Assembly (NCBI GenBank): GCA_965218095.1
Contig: OZ244587.1
Location: forward strand, 3,264,001 to 3,328,000
Direction of reading: 5' to 3'
DNA length: 64,000 nt
Source: Candidatus Poribacteria bacterium
GTDB taxonomy: Bacteria > Poribacteria > WGA-4E > PCPOR2b
The position numbers and the translations under genes were made by a program. The notes beneath the pieces are model-generated. The model did no database searches, had not been told where the DNA came from, and saw nothing but the letters and a program-made list of their open reading frames with translations. Below, one piece after another: positions 46,524 through 57,243 of this stretch; the first letter of the stretch is position 1, and each line of letters begins with the position of its first letter.

Positions 46524-47315
46524 ATGAAACACACAATCGGCTGTACAACCCGTCCTTATGGTTCGCTCACATTCGCAGAAGCGTGCGAACACATCGCGGC
46601 TGCCGGATATACCGATGTCGCAGTCTTCACCAACGCCGGTCAGGTCCCTGTGAGGGCTGATAGCACGAGAGCGGAAATCGTTGCAACCCGCGAAGTCGCC
46701 GGCGATGTTGGGCTGATCCCCTCAATGCTGATCGGCGGCACGAAATTGAATCTTGGCTTGGAAGCCGCCATCGAAGATTATAAGCAGCTCATCGACAACG
46801 CCGCCGCACTCGGTACAAAGTGGCTGCTCGATTGCGGCACGGGAAATGAGGCGCACTACGCGGACTACTTCGAGTTGATGCGTCAAGTGGCGCCACACGC
46901 GGGGGAAGCAGGCGTCAATATCACGATGAAACCGCATGGCGGAATTAGCCTCACCGTCCAGGACCTCATTGAGGCTGATGATGAGGTGAATCACCCTGCG
47001 TTTGGGCTCTGCTACGATCCGGGCAACATTATCTACTACACCAAAGGCGACCTTCGCCCTGAAACCGATGTGGCCGCCGTTGCACCGAAAGTGACGACGA
47101 CGATTATCAAGGATTGCGTGGTCGAAGACGGGGCACCTGATGTGATGGTCACGCCGGGCGAAGGGCTGGTGGATTTTGAGAAGGTGCTTGGCGGGCTTGT
47201 CGCCGGTGGATTTGACGGGCCATTATATGTCGAATGCGTTGGCGGGAAAGCCGTGGACGAAATCAACGCAAACGTTGAATCGACGCTGAAATTTGTAAGT
47301 AATATTTTGGCGTAA
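46524..47315 (+). CDS. Sugar phosphate isomerase/epimerase (xylose isomerase-like TIM barrel)
   Basis: MKPHGG, YDPGN, IKD, PGEGLVDF and GFDGPLYVE motifs. Confidence 0.85.
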   Translation: MKHTIGCTTRPYGSLTFAEACEHIAAAGYTDVAVFTNAGQVPVRADSTRAEIVATREVAGDVGLIPSMLIGGTKLNLGLEAAIEDYKQLIDNAAALGTKWLLDCGTGNEAHYADYFELMRQVAPHAGEAGVNITMKPHGGISLTVQDLIEADDEVNHPAFGLCYDPGNIIYYTKGDLRPETDVAAVAPKVTTTIIKDCVVEDGAPDVMVTPGEGLVDFEKVLGGLVAGGFDGPLYVECVGGKAVDEINANVESTLKFVSNILA

Positions 47316-47449
47316 AACGTAATGGTTTATCGGAGATTTTTGTTCTGAGAGATGTATTGAATAGGGACAGTGTGCATCAAAAATTATGGGGTTTTCAGTT
47401 CTCATCGTCACCGAAGTCTCCTCACCCAAGTCTGGATAAAGCGTATTGA

Positions 47450-48454
47450 TCAAGAATTGGTATAAGAAATCACCCGAACTTTCGTGCCATGCGTCATCGC
47501 TTCCTCAATGGCAAGGCACGTTTCAACAGTGGCAATCCCTTTGGACAACGGACAAACCGACTCTCCATCCCCCAGGATACTATCGACGAAGTTTTCCATT
47601 TCATATTGCCATTCGGGTGAACCCCGCCCATGCAGCAGCGTTGTCTTCAACCGATCCGGATTCCATTCCGCTGATTTGTGCAGATAGCCGTGCAGAATCT
47701 CCTCCTCCCACCAACAGACAATCGTCCCCGCATGTCCATAGACGGACAACGATATGATGTATGGACACACCACCGATGCGCTGCTAAACACTTTCCCCAT
47801 CGCACCATTTTTGAACTTCAGGATGGCGATTCGCGCATGTTCTGTATAATCCCCTGATACTTCCTCAACATCGCCGGCGATCCAACGCAGCAAATCCACA
47901 GAATGATATGCAATGCCGAGTCGAACTTGCGCACGCGGGCTGCGCCCCCATGTCAGATGGCTTGGATATTCATTCGGATCTGGCTTATGGGCGTAGTTGG
48001 ACGAAAGGTAGAAGACATCGCCGATTTCACCGCGGGCAGTGATCTTCCTGGCATGCGCGTATGTGGGCCAAGAGCGGCAGATGTGTCCGGTGGCTGCCTT
48101 CTGATTTGGGTGTTCAAACAGGGCAATGCGGAGGGCTTGGCACTCCTCAATCGTGAGGCAGGCTGGCGTTTCGCCGATCACATGCTTCCCGGCTTGCAGG
48201 CATGTAAGTAGTTGTTCGGCATGCAGGTAGTGCGGCGTGCAAAGATCGAATGCGTCGATCTCGTCATCCTTCAAGGCTTCGTCGAATGAGCGGTAGATCT
48301 TTGGAACACTCCACATTTCCGCCTTCGCCTTTGAGGCATCGGAATGCGCGACGACAGCAAGAACCGTCGCTTTTTCAGGAATGGCTTGATAACCGTTAAA
48401 ATGGTTCGTACCGGTCCAGCCTGTACCGACCAGGCAGACTTTGACTTTTTCCAT
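47450..48454 (-). CDS. Gfo/Idh/MocA family oxidoreductase
   Basis: VGTGWTG, TPHYLH, GKHVIGETP and HSVDLLRW motifs. Confidence 0.88.
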   Translation of the reverse strand: MEKVKVCLVGTGWTGTNHFNGYQAIPEKATVLAVVAHSDASKAKAEMWSVPKIYRSFDEALKDDEIDAFDLCTPHYLHAEQLLTCLQAGKHVIGETPACLTIEECQALRIALFEHPNQKAATGHICRSWPTYAHARKITARGEIGDVFYLSSNYAHKPDPNEYPSHLTWGRSPRAQVRLGIAYHSVDLLRWIAGDVEEVSGDYTEHARIAILKFKNGAMGKVFSSASVVCPYIISLSVYGHAGTIVCWWEEEILHGYLHKSAEWNPDRLKTTLLHGRGSPEWQYEMENFVDSILGDGESVCPLSKGIATVETCLAIEEAMTHGTKVRVISYTNS

Positions 48455-48622
48455 CGTAATCTCCTTTTTTTGATCCCAAGCTCTTTATGAGAACGGGATG
48501 CTTATACATCTAGACAGCCTCTATTGGGTATGGTAAAATATTAGTATTGCCAAAGAAGCATTTTTCGCTTTAGCGATCTTTTGAAATGCTTCATTCGGAA
48601 TGATAATCCCCGGAAGCCCTCT

Positions 48623-50107
48623 ATGAAAGAAATTCAGTGGCATACGCACGGATTTCCCATTGCGCTTTCCACGCTGTTGATTTGGTTGGTTGCTGTTTTT
48701 TGCTCGCAGGCAATCAGCGATGCGGCGCTGCCCCTTGATGAAATTATACTGCCGCCGGGCTTTCAAATTAGCGTCTATGCGGAAAACGTCCCCGGTGCGC
48801 GTTCGATGAACCGGAGCCCCAATGGAACGCTGTTTGTTGGAACGAGGGGTACGGGAAAAGTCTACGCAGTTTTAGAGCACGATGAGGACAACAAAGCCGA
48901 TGAGGTGATTACGCTCGCACAGGGATTGAATACACCCAATGGCGTTGCCTTCCACGATGGCGTGCTCTATGTGGCTGAGGTCAATCGTGTGCTGCGATAC
49001 GACAATATCGAAGCCAATCTGCACAACCCGCCTGCACCTGTTGTGGTCAATAATAGTTTTCCGCGGGATGCGCATCACGGCTGGAAGTTTATCCGCTTCG
49101 GTCCAGATGGGATGCTCTACGTTCCGGTGGGCGCACCGTGTAACGTCTGCAAGCGCGATGACCAACGCTATGCAACGATCATGCGGATGAAACCTGATGG
49201 CGCCGGCCTGGAAATCTTTGCTCATGGGGTACGTAACTCCGTTGGTTTTGATTGGCATCCGGAGACCCAGGAGCTCTGGTTCACCGACAACGGGCGTGAT
49301 CTGATGGGCGACAATCTTCCCCCCGACGAACTGAATCGTGTAGCAGAGAAAGGACTACACTTCGGCTTCCCCTATTGTCACGGCGGGGATATTCTTGACC
49401 CACGCTTCGGTCAGCAACACAAGTGTGAGGAGTTTACGCCACCGGCAATGAAATTGGGACCGCATGTGGCGTCGCTCGGCATGCGCTTTTACACCGGTTC
49501 AATGTTCCCCGAAGAATACCACAACCACATCTTCATCGCCGAGCACGGTTCGTGGAATCGTACTGTGCCGATTGGCTATCGTGTGACCCTTGTGCGGCTG
49601 AAAGGGGATAAAGCGGTGTCCTATGAAGTCTTTGCGGAGGGTTGGCTGCGAGAGAACGGTCAGGCGTGGGGGCGTCCCGTGGATCTGCTCGTGATGGCCG
49701 ATGGCGCGCTCCTCGTCTCCGATGACCGCGTGGGCGCAATTTACCGCATCAGCAAGTCTGCCGCCGTCCCGGTCAATCCGGAAGGGAAGCAACAAGTCTT
49801 GTTGGGGGAAATCAAGCGGAATGCGCTGTTTCAAAACTACCCTAACCCCTTTAATCCAGAAACGTGGATTCCCTTCCAACTGGCGGAAAAGGCGTATGTT
49901 CGCATCCGCATCTACGACGCTTCAGGACATCTTGTGCGCGAATTAGACCTTGGTGAACAGCCTAAGGGTAACTACCGGGAGCAGCAAAAAGCGGCTCACT
50001 GGGACGGGCGAGATCGCTTCGGCGAGTTTGTCAGCAGCGGTATCTATTTCTACACTTTGGAAGCCGGTGATTTCCGCGCTACGCGGCGAATGAGTGTGGT
50101 GCGATAG
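48623..50107 (+). CDS. PQQ-dependent sugar (sorbosone-like) dehydrogenase fused to a C-terminal FlgD-Ig/T9SS-A-like domain
   Basis: FGPDGMLYVPVGAPCNVC, GVRNSVG, HGSWNR and GRPVD motifs, then the NYPNPFNPETWIPFQL tail. Confidence 0.88.
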   Translation: MKEIQWHTHGFPIALSTLLIWLVAVFCSQAISDAALPLDEIILPPGFQISVYAENVPGARSMNRSPNGTLFVGTRGTGKVYAVLEHDEDNKADEVITLAQGLNTPNGVAFHDGVLYVAEVNRVLRYDNIEANLHNPPAPVVVNNSFPRDAHHGWKFIRFGPDGMLYVPVGAPCNVCKRDDQRYATIMRMKPDGAGLEIFAHGVRNSVGFDWHPETQELWFTDNGRDLMGDNLPPDELNRVAEKGLHFGFPYCHGGDILDPRFGQQHKCEEFTPPAMKLGPHVASLGMRFYTGSMFPEEYHNHIFIAEHGSWNRTVPIGYRVTLVRLKGDKAVSYEVFAEGWLRENGQAWGRPVDLLVMADGALLVSDDRVGAIYRISKSAAVPVNPEGKQQVLLGEIKRNALFQNYPNPFNPETWIPFQLAEKAYVRIRIYDASGHLVRELDLGEQPKGNYREQQKAAHWDGRDRFGEFVSSGIYFYTLEAGDFRATRRMSVVR

Positions 50108-50417
50108 GCGTAGAATATGTCCGATTCTCGGACAAGCACTGCCAGCTTGTTCCCTCGTTAATGTCAACAGTAGTAGGAGTTACGCACTTCATATTCAGCG
50201 AGTCCCTCTACGCCTACATCTTGAATCTTGAATCCCGCTACAGATGCAGAATTCACGTGTAATCTGTTGTATTTGCTCGGAGGTAAAGCAGATTTTGTGG
50301 ATTTTTTGACACTGCTAGAAAACAGAATCCCCGAAATCCTATCTCCGTTCTATAATTCTCACCATCCGTAATCAAAAAGTGAAAGAATTTCCACCCCAAA
50401 ATTGATGGAGGCTAATT

Positions 50418-51145
50418 ATGAAGATAAACAAGAGGACAAGCTGGAAAATTACAGCATTATTTGCTGTGTGCGTGACTTCAAGTGTGATGTTTCTCAACAG
50501 TTGTGCGGTAATTGAGGGACTGAGTTTCTCAAGGGAAAAAAGGATGAGGAAGTTGAAATCCCATCCAACGGCGAGAATACGATTCAGCTCCCGCTCTTCT
50601 TACGTTTTGTAGACCTTTACCAGGGAATTCAGAGTCTACGAAATCAGGATGAATCGACGTACGAAATGAACTGTGGTTTCTCGTTTAATCTACCGGTTCT
50701 GGGGGCTGTGCGCGTGCCGGTCAGTAAGGATGGGAAATTTCCTTCGCTCAAGCTCCCAACAGTGAATGTGGACGCACTTAAACTCACACATCTGGAGTTC
50801 ACGGGGACGGACCTAAAACTCGGTGTACGGCTAAAGAATCCCAACGCTTTGTCAATGATCCTTGATCGTTTCCAGTATCAGTTTGAAATCAATGGAAACT
50901 GCTGGGTTGTTGGGGAAGCCAAAGAGAAAACACAGGTTGCGGAAAAAGGCGAAGGTCTGATTGAAATTCCGATCCCCCTTAATTTTCTTGAGATGGGGAA
51001 ATCGGTTCCTCAGTTGCTCAGGGGTGGCAAAAACTTAGACTATCAATTTAGAGGCAGTCTTGATCTGACGACTTCACTTCCCCTTTTGGGCAAGGTGACT
51101 CTGCCTTTTGATCGTTTGGGAAAGATCAAAGCGCTTCGGAAGTGA
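50418..51145 (+). pseudogene. LEA_2 family lipoprotein, disrupted
   Basis: Lipobox FLNS-C in the 5' ORF (50418-50612). LEA_2 domain (RLKNPNALSM...YQFEING) in the separate ORF 50666-51145. Confidence 0.6.
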
Positions 51146-51212
51146 ATTACCAGTATGTCAGCGTGAACAAAAATTGTTGACCCTTTCCTTCAAAAACAAG
51201 TTTTGGGCCCGA

Positions 51213-51521
51213 TTAGCAATTGACCTTAACCTCATCGTCTTCAACGAGGACTTGGTAGGATCGGACGCGAAGTCTGGCATCCGTCTGGCATTCACCGCTT
51301 TTGAGGTCATAAGCATAGCTGTGAACGGGACAGATCGCCAGTCCGTTTCTTACACGTCCTCTACCAAGCGGCCCCAGCGCGTGGGCACATGTATTGTCAA
51401 GGGCATAGAAATTCTCCCCATCAACATTAAAAACCGCAATCCGTTTCCCTTTGACGGTAAATGCTTTCCCCCGTCCTTCCTTAATATCCGATGTTTTTGC
51501 GACAGTCACATAAGATGGCAT
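51213..51521 (-). CDS. Rieske 2Fe-2S ferredoxin (NirD-like)
   Basis: CAH...CPVH Rieske ligands. GAAGGAG RBS. Confidence 0.88.
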   Translation of the reverse strand: MPSYVTVAKTSDIKEGRGKAFTVKGKRIAVFNVDGENFYALDNTCAHALGPLGRGRVRNGLAICPVHSYAYDLKSGECQTDARLRVRSYQVLVEDDEVKVNC

Positions 51522-51602
51522 TTGTTCTCCTTCCTCTTGCGCAAAACGTGAAACGTGATGCATATTGCGAAAGTATCCCCATGAGCTTTTGAACTCATGA
51601 AT

Positions 51603-53280
51603 TCATTCCTTGACACTGCCCAACGTGATGCCTTGCACAAATTCACGCTGCATGGCTAAAAAGAGAATGATAATCGGCATGAGCGACAGGAGCGTTCCCG
51701 CCATCAGCATGCCGTATTCCTGCCGATAAACGCCAACCAGGTTGGCTAAACCGAGTGGTAGAGTGTATTTCGATTCATCGCGCAAAATGATCAGGGGCCA
51801 CAAATAGCTGTTCCACGATCCGAGGAACGCGTAGATCGTCAGTGCACCAAGCGCGGGCTTGATAATGGGAAGGATGATCCGCCAGTAGATACCGAACTCC
51901 GAGCAGTCGTCAATCCGAGCCGCGTCAATCAGGTCAGACGGGATGCCAACGATAAACTGACGCATCAGGAAAATCCCAAACGCCCCGACGGAAAACGGGA
52001 TAATAATCGCTTTGTAGCTATCGAGCCAGCGAATTTTGTACATCATGCCAAACAGCGGAACCAGCAAAACCTGAAAAGGGATCATCATCAACGCCAACAG
52101 AATGCCGAACAGGATCTTTTGTCCACGAAAACGGTACTTCGCAAAGGCGTAACCGGCAAGTGAACAGAAAAACAGGGTCAGCAGCGTCGACGCGGTGGAG
52201 ATGAATATACTGTTGATGAAGTATCGACTATACGGCGCCGCCTCCCACAGACGACGGTAGTTATAGGTGAACTTATCCCAACAGATGGCGAGGTAAGGTG
52301 GGCGATAGATTTCCACCTTCAGGCGTAACTCGTTTGATAGGTTTGCCTCCGATAACTCGCCCACTTCACGCGACATCATGATCTGATCGGATTCTAACTG
52401 CCCGGTCTGTCCATGAAGTCGCCAGACGGATTTCCGCCAGAGTGAATCGCTCAATACAAACGATCGACTTGAACGGTAGGTGATGCCTCCCGCCTCGATG
52501 GTTAAGCGTAGATGGTGATAAGACGCAATCCCCACGCACAGGAATACTGATGAGGCGGATGAGGTTGATTGGAATGGGGAACCGAATCAAAGTGGCGATC
52601 TGCGCTCTGTTATCCTGATTAAAATGGTAGGAGAGGCGGGTGCCGTTGGAGTTTCCGGTGAATTCACGCAGGCTTTTCACATTTTCAGATGCCCCTTCCC
52701 ACTTCGACATCCCCACCGAAATATGATTGAAGTTCGTATCCTCGATCTGGATACTTCCCAACGCAACTTCGTAATAGAGGGAATCCCAGAGGCTGTCAAT
52801 GGTTTCAGAGATAATTGCAGGTCGGATCATCTCCAAGATCTCCGCTGTTGAACCCTCCCAGACTTCACCGGGAAGCCCAGCGATTAGTTGTTTCCAAAGC
52901 CCCTCAACCATTTCGTTTTGCAGTTCGGCATTCAACTCCCGGTCATAATTCTCCATCCGATTGTTCGCCGCGATATGCTTCTGGGCTTCCTTCCAGATCA
53001 ACGCTGAGATCTGTGGTTGCAAATCTGCCCAAACGCTTTGCTCGAGGGTGTCTGGCTTCCGGATTGGTGGATAAGCATCCTGATCAATATACGGCGAGGA
53101 TTTCACATTCGGCGGTGCCTCAGGAAACCATTTGAGTGGCACGGCGAAGAGCTCATTAGCCGTCTTGAACGACGAAGTCACAAGCCACAGCAACGGTATC
53201 ATCGTAGCAATCGCTGCACCGACGAGGATAACGTATCCAATGAGCTTGGCGATCAGCGTTGTTTGTGTTGATAGGTTCAT
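51603..53280 (-). pseudogene. Carbohydrate ABC transporter permease with a +1 frameshift near 52527
   Basis: N-terminal PLLWLVTSSFK ORF and C-terminal EAA-loop (DLIDAARID) ORF. Deleting one T (GATTGCG to GATGCG) joins them as VRGDASYHH. Confidence 0.8.
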
Positions 53281-53362
53281 CGGCTTGCCTCGAGCGTATG
53301 ACAGGTTGTGTGATTAAGTGAGGCGTAACCTTGGAAGGTTTCTTACATTTACGCATCACATA

Positions 53363-53896
53363 TTACAACTCCCGAATCCGAATGTCGCGAAACTGAACGG
53401 GCCCGTGATCCCCCTGCAACATGAGCGGGCCCTTGGGCGAATTGTCGTCGCCCAAGGGCCCACCTGTTGGTCCTTTGACGGTCACGTTATCGTGGATCTT
53501 GGTTCCATTCAAAAACACTGTCAGAGTCATGCCCTTGAGCGTCGCATCCACTGTTTGCCACTGCCCTGCTGGTTTGCTCGCCTCGACATCCACATGTTTC
53601 TGATTATAAAGGGCGCCGTTCTCAGCCGGGTAGTTGTAGGTCTTTCCCAGGCTGTCGAGGATCTGAAGTTCATAACGACCGCGGAGATAAATGCCGCTGT
53701 TGCTGTCCTTCGGTACCAGGTATTCGATGTGCAACTCGAAATCGCCGAACTCCCCCTCGGTGATGATGTCCACGCCTTTATCGGTGTTGTCGAGAATGCC
53801 GTCGCGGACAACCCACCTGTGTTCCCGATCCGGATGCCGCATCCGCCAGCTAGTGAGGTCCTTCCCATTAAAAAGCTCAATCCATTCGTTTGCCAT
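53363..53896 (-). CDS. DUF1080 / 3-keto-disaccharide hydrolase family protein
   Basis: LFNGKDL, GDFELHIEY, NSGIYLRGRYELQILD and LQGDHGPVQFR motifs. Confidence 0.88.
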   Translation of the reverse strand: MANEWIELFNGKDLTSWRMRHPDREHRWVVRDGILDNTDKGVDIITEGEFGDFELHIEYLVPKDSNSGIYLRGRYELQILDSLGKTYNYPAENGALYNQKHVDVEASKPAGQWQTVDATLKGMTLTVFLNGTKIHDNVTVKGPTGGPLGDDNSPKGPLMLQGDHGPVQFRDIRIREL

Positions 53897-54034
53897 GAGG
53901 GTTATCTCCTTTGTTATGGTTGATCGAATCGTGCGAATTATAACAAAACATGGACGCACTAGCAAGCCGAAAGGTTCACCTGTTCTCAAAGCAGTGTACG
54001 TGCAACGCAACAGAGGAGGCGTAAACCCGGAGGA

Positions 54035-56449
54035 TCAACTGCGGAGTTCCGCTCCCAACTCCCGTTCCAACTGTTTTAAAATCTCTCCGTGAACCTTATC
54101 AACAATTTCATCCGTGAGCGTCTCCGTTTTCGAGTGGTATTCAATTGCGAAGGCAAGGCTTTTCTTTCCTTCGGGGACCTGCTCACCCGTGTACACATCG
54201 AACAGACGGGTCGAACGGACTAACTCACCGCCGGCAGATTGAATAATTTCACCCTGACGACTGGCGGGAATATCGGCGTCCAGCACAATCGCGAGATCAC
54301 GGTTAACGCTAGGGTAGATGGAGATGGATTCAAATTCCTTCACCGGTTCAGCCACGGCGATCAATGTGTCGAAATCGAGCTCGAACAGATACGCCTTGTC
54401 CGGGAGATCATACTTCTCCAGCACCTCCGGGTGGGCTTCCCCGAAGACGCACAGTTTTTCGTCTTCGATGCGGATTTCCGCCTGGCGTCCAGGATGGAAG
54501 GCTGGATGGTCGGTGCGGGTAATGGTATAATCTGAGAAACCGCATCGATCTAGCACGCCTTCGACAACTCCTTTGATGTCGAAGAAGTCTGCCGGACGGA
54601 ACGGATCGCCGTATACACCCGCGCCGAGATTGCCAGCGATGATGCCCGCCACACGCTCAGGCTCATTTGGGAATTCACCCGCTTCAGTTGGTATAAAGAC
54701 TTTGCTGAACTCGAAGAACTGTACGTCGTTGATCTGGTGATTCCGGTTGTGTTGGGCGTTTGCAAGCAAGCTGGGAAGCAGCGTTGTTCGCATAATCGAC
54801 TGATCTTCGCTCAATGGGTTGTGAAGTCGGATGGCTTGACGGAGCGCATCCGTCGACGCGAGGCGAATGCGATCGAAAACGCCCGGATGATAGAAAGCGT
54901 AGTTCATCGCCTCCATCATGCCGCATCCCAGCAGATACGTTTTTACGCGCTCACGCAGCGCTTCCTTCGGGTCAACCTCTGGAATAGGAATGTCGCCCCT
55001 CGGCAGCGTCATTGGGATGTTGTCGAAGCCGTAGACACGCGCAATTTCCTCAATCAGGTCAATCTCTCGTTCCACATCGGGACGGAAGGTGGGCACCGTG
55101 ACGTCAAACTTGGTAACGGCATCAGCGCTATCAGACACAGCAAAACCAAGGCGAGTGAGAATATCACGCATTTCCTCCGCTGAAATCTCCGTTCCCAGTA
55201 CAAAGTTGCCCCGATCGGGTCGGAGCTTAATTCGGACAGCTTGTCGCTTCTCCGGATAGGCATCGACAATCCCCGCACAGACCTCTCCACCGGCGATTTC
55301 CGCGATAAGTTGTGCCGCACGGTTGATAGCTGGAATAACGCCTTCGGGGTCCGCGCCACGTTCAAATCGGTGAGAGGCTTCGGTGTGCATGCCTAAAGCC
55401 TTTGACGTTTTCCGAATGGTTGGTGGGTGGAAGTACGCACTTTCAAGCAGCACATCAACTGTCTGATCGGTAATCTCCGAATCGAAGCCACCCATCACAC
55501 CAGCCAGCGCAACCGGCTTCTCCGCGTCGGCAATGACAAGCATGTCAGGCGTCAACTTCTGTTCTTCCGTATCGATCGTCTTCAACGTCTCACCCGGCTT
55601 AGCGCGGCGGACAACGATCCGGTTCTCAGCCAGTCCATGATAATCGAAAGCGTGCAAGGGGTGTCCGTATTCCATAAGAACATAATTGGTAATATCAACA
55701 ATGTTGTTAATCGTCCCGACGCCGATGGCTTCGAGCCGACGCTGTAGCCAGGATGGCGAAGGCGCGATTTTGACCCCTTGAATGACTCGTGCCGCGTAGC
55801 GTGGACAGAGCTCTGGGGCATCAATCGTCACGCGGGTGAGATTGTGAATATCTGCCATTCCCTCCTGGACGTTCACCTCGGGCAGCCTTAATGGATTTCC
55901 CGTGGTCACGCTCGTTTCCCTGGCGACCCCAATCGTGCTGAGGCAATCCGGACGATTGGGCGTGATCTCCAGTTCCAGCACAACATCGTCCAAACCGAGG
56001 ACCTCGACAAGCGGTGCGCCAATTTGCAGGTCGCTGGGAAGTTCCATCAAGCCTGATGCCTCATCAGAAATCGCCAACTCCTTCTCCGAGCAGAGTATCC
56101 CTTGCGATTCCTCGCCCCGAATTTTTGCCCGCTTGATTGTCAACCTGTTGGGCAGCTGCGCACCGACGAGCGCAACGGGGGCAACCAACCCTTCACGCGC
56201 ATTTGGGGCACCGCAGACGATTTGTGCGTCTGTGCCCGACCCGACATCAACGTTGCATAGCACTAGTTTGTCCGCCTTCGGGTGCTTCCTCACGGCGTTG
56301 ATTCTGCCAACGACCACCTGATCCAGTCCCTCTCCAAGCCGTTTAATTGATTCGATTTCAATGCCAAGCATCAGCAAACGATCCGCGAGCGCTTCGGGAG
56401 ATAGGTCGAAATCGACATATTCTTTTAACCACTTGATGCTTACGTTCAT
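54035..56449 (-). CDS. pheT: Phenylalanyl-tRNA synthetase beta subunit
   Basis: HPKADKL, TPNRPDCL, VDITNYV, RFERG, DLIEEIAR and FDVYTG...KKSLAF motifs. Confidence 0.97.
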   Translation of the reverse strand: MNVSIKWLKEYVDFDLSPEALADRLLMLGIEIESIKRLGEGLDQVVVGRINAVRKHPKADKLVLCNVDVGSGTDAQIVCGAPNAREGLVAPVALVGAQLPNRLTIKRAKIRGEESQGILCSEKELAISDEASGLMELPSDLQIGAPLVEVLGLDDVVLELEITPNRPDCLSTIGVARETSVTTGNPLRLPEVNVQEGMADIHNLTRVTIDAPELCPRYAARVIQGVKIAPSPSWLQRRLEAIGVGTINNIVDITNYVLMEYGHPLHAFDYHGLAENRIVVRRAKPGETLKTIDTEEQKLTPDMLVIADAEKPVALAGVMGGFDSEITDQTVDVLLESAYFHPPTIRKTSKALGMHTEASHRFERGADPEGVIPAINRAAQLIAEIAGGEVCAGIVDAYPEKRQAVRIKLRPDRGNFVLGTEISAEEMRDILTRLGFAVSDSADAVTKFDVTVPTFRPDVEREIDLIEEIARVYGFDNIPMTLPRGDIPIPEVDPKEALRERVKTYLLGCGMMEAMNYAFYHPGVFDRIRLASTDALRQAIRLHNPLSEDQSIMRTTLLPSLLANAQHNRNHQINDVQFFEFSKVFIPTEAGEFPNEPERVAGIIAGNLGAGVYGDPFRPADFFDIKGVVEGVLDRCGFSDYTITRTDHPAFHPGRQAEIRIEDEKLCVFGEAHPEVLEKYDLPDKAYLFELDFDTLIAVAEPVKEFESISIYPSVNRDLAIVLDADIPASRQGEIIQSAGGELVRSTRLFDVYTGEQVPEGKKSLAFAIEYHSKTETLTDEIVDKVHGEILKQLERELGAELRS

Positions 56450-56452
56450 TCT

Positions 56453-57194
56453 TTAATTTCCTCCGTAGACTAACTGACACAGATAATCTCCGCTACTGTT
56501 CTAACCAATTAATGTGGGGTTCCATCCATGTTTCAGAGTTATTTTTGATAAAGTGTCAAAATCCACATGAAGCCAACCAAATTCTGGGCCAACAACATCT
56601 TTATATTTGAGTTGAAATCGCATTTCACCGACATAGGCACCGGCCCGTATTTGGGTTTGTAGGTATTTAAGGTGAACGATTTTTTGTGTCCTTCTCGCAT
56701 CTAAAGAATCCCCGATAATCTGTCCGCCAGGGGCAATGATCTTGGAAACTTGTTTCAGCAACTTTCCTAAGCCATCAAGATCTGCGACTATCCCAAGGCC
56801 ATGATCTAACATCAGCACGGTGTCAAATTTGCCTTCGTTATATTCAAAGATGTTGGCATGCTTAACGTTCCTGACGCCCCTCTCCTTCATGATTTCCACG
56901 GATCGGGCGGAGATGTCAATTGCCGTTAAATCAAAACCCCTTTCTTGTAGGATTAAACTATGACGCCCGGCACCCGCCCCGACATCAAGGATTTTGCCTC
57001 GGCACAGATCTAGCGTCTTCTTCGTCCCAGGGTAGACTCAGGTCATTAGCGAAGAAGCCTTCAATCAATTGCTTGTCGGCATAGCCATCGTCTCGCACAA
57101 TAAATAGTTCTCCTGGCTGCCTCCGGTGGTAATAATCCCAAGGTGCCATACCTAACGGTTCCATCGGTTCTACATCCAGATTTTCATTCGACAT
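56453..57194 (-). pseudogene. Class I SAM-dependent methyltransferase, frameshifted, between pheS and pheT
   Basis: PLGMA..DY...RDDG, a frameshift near 57020, then GKILDVGAGAGRHSLILQ. Extra in-frame TAG at 56501-56503. Confidence 0.75.
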
Positions 57195-57243
57195 CTCTAA
57201 CACCTTCTTTGAAATGTGACCGTCTGTTACACCTTTCACCCAT

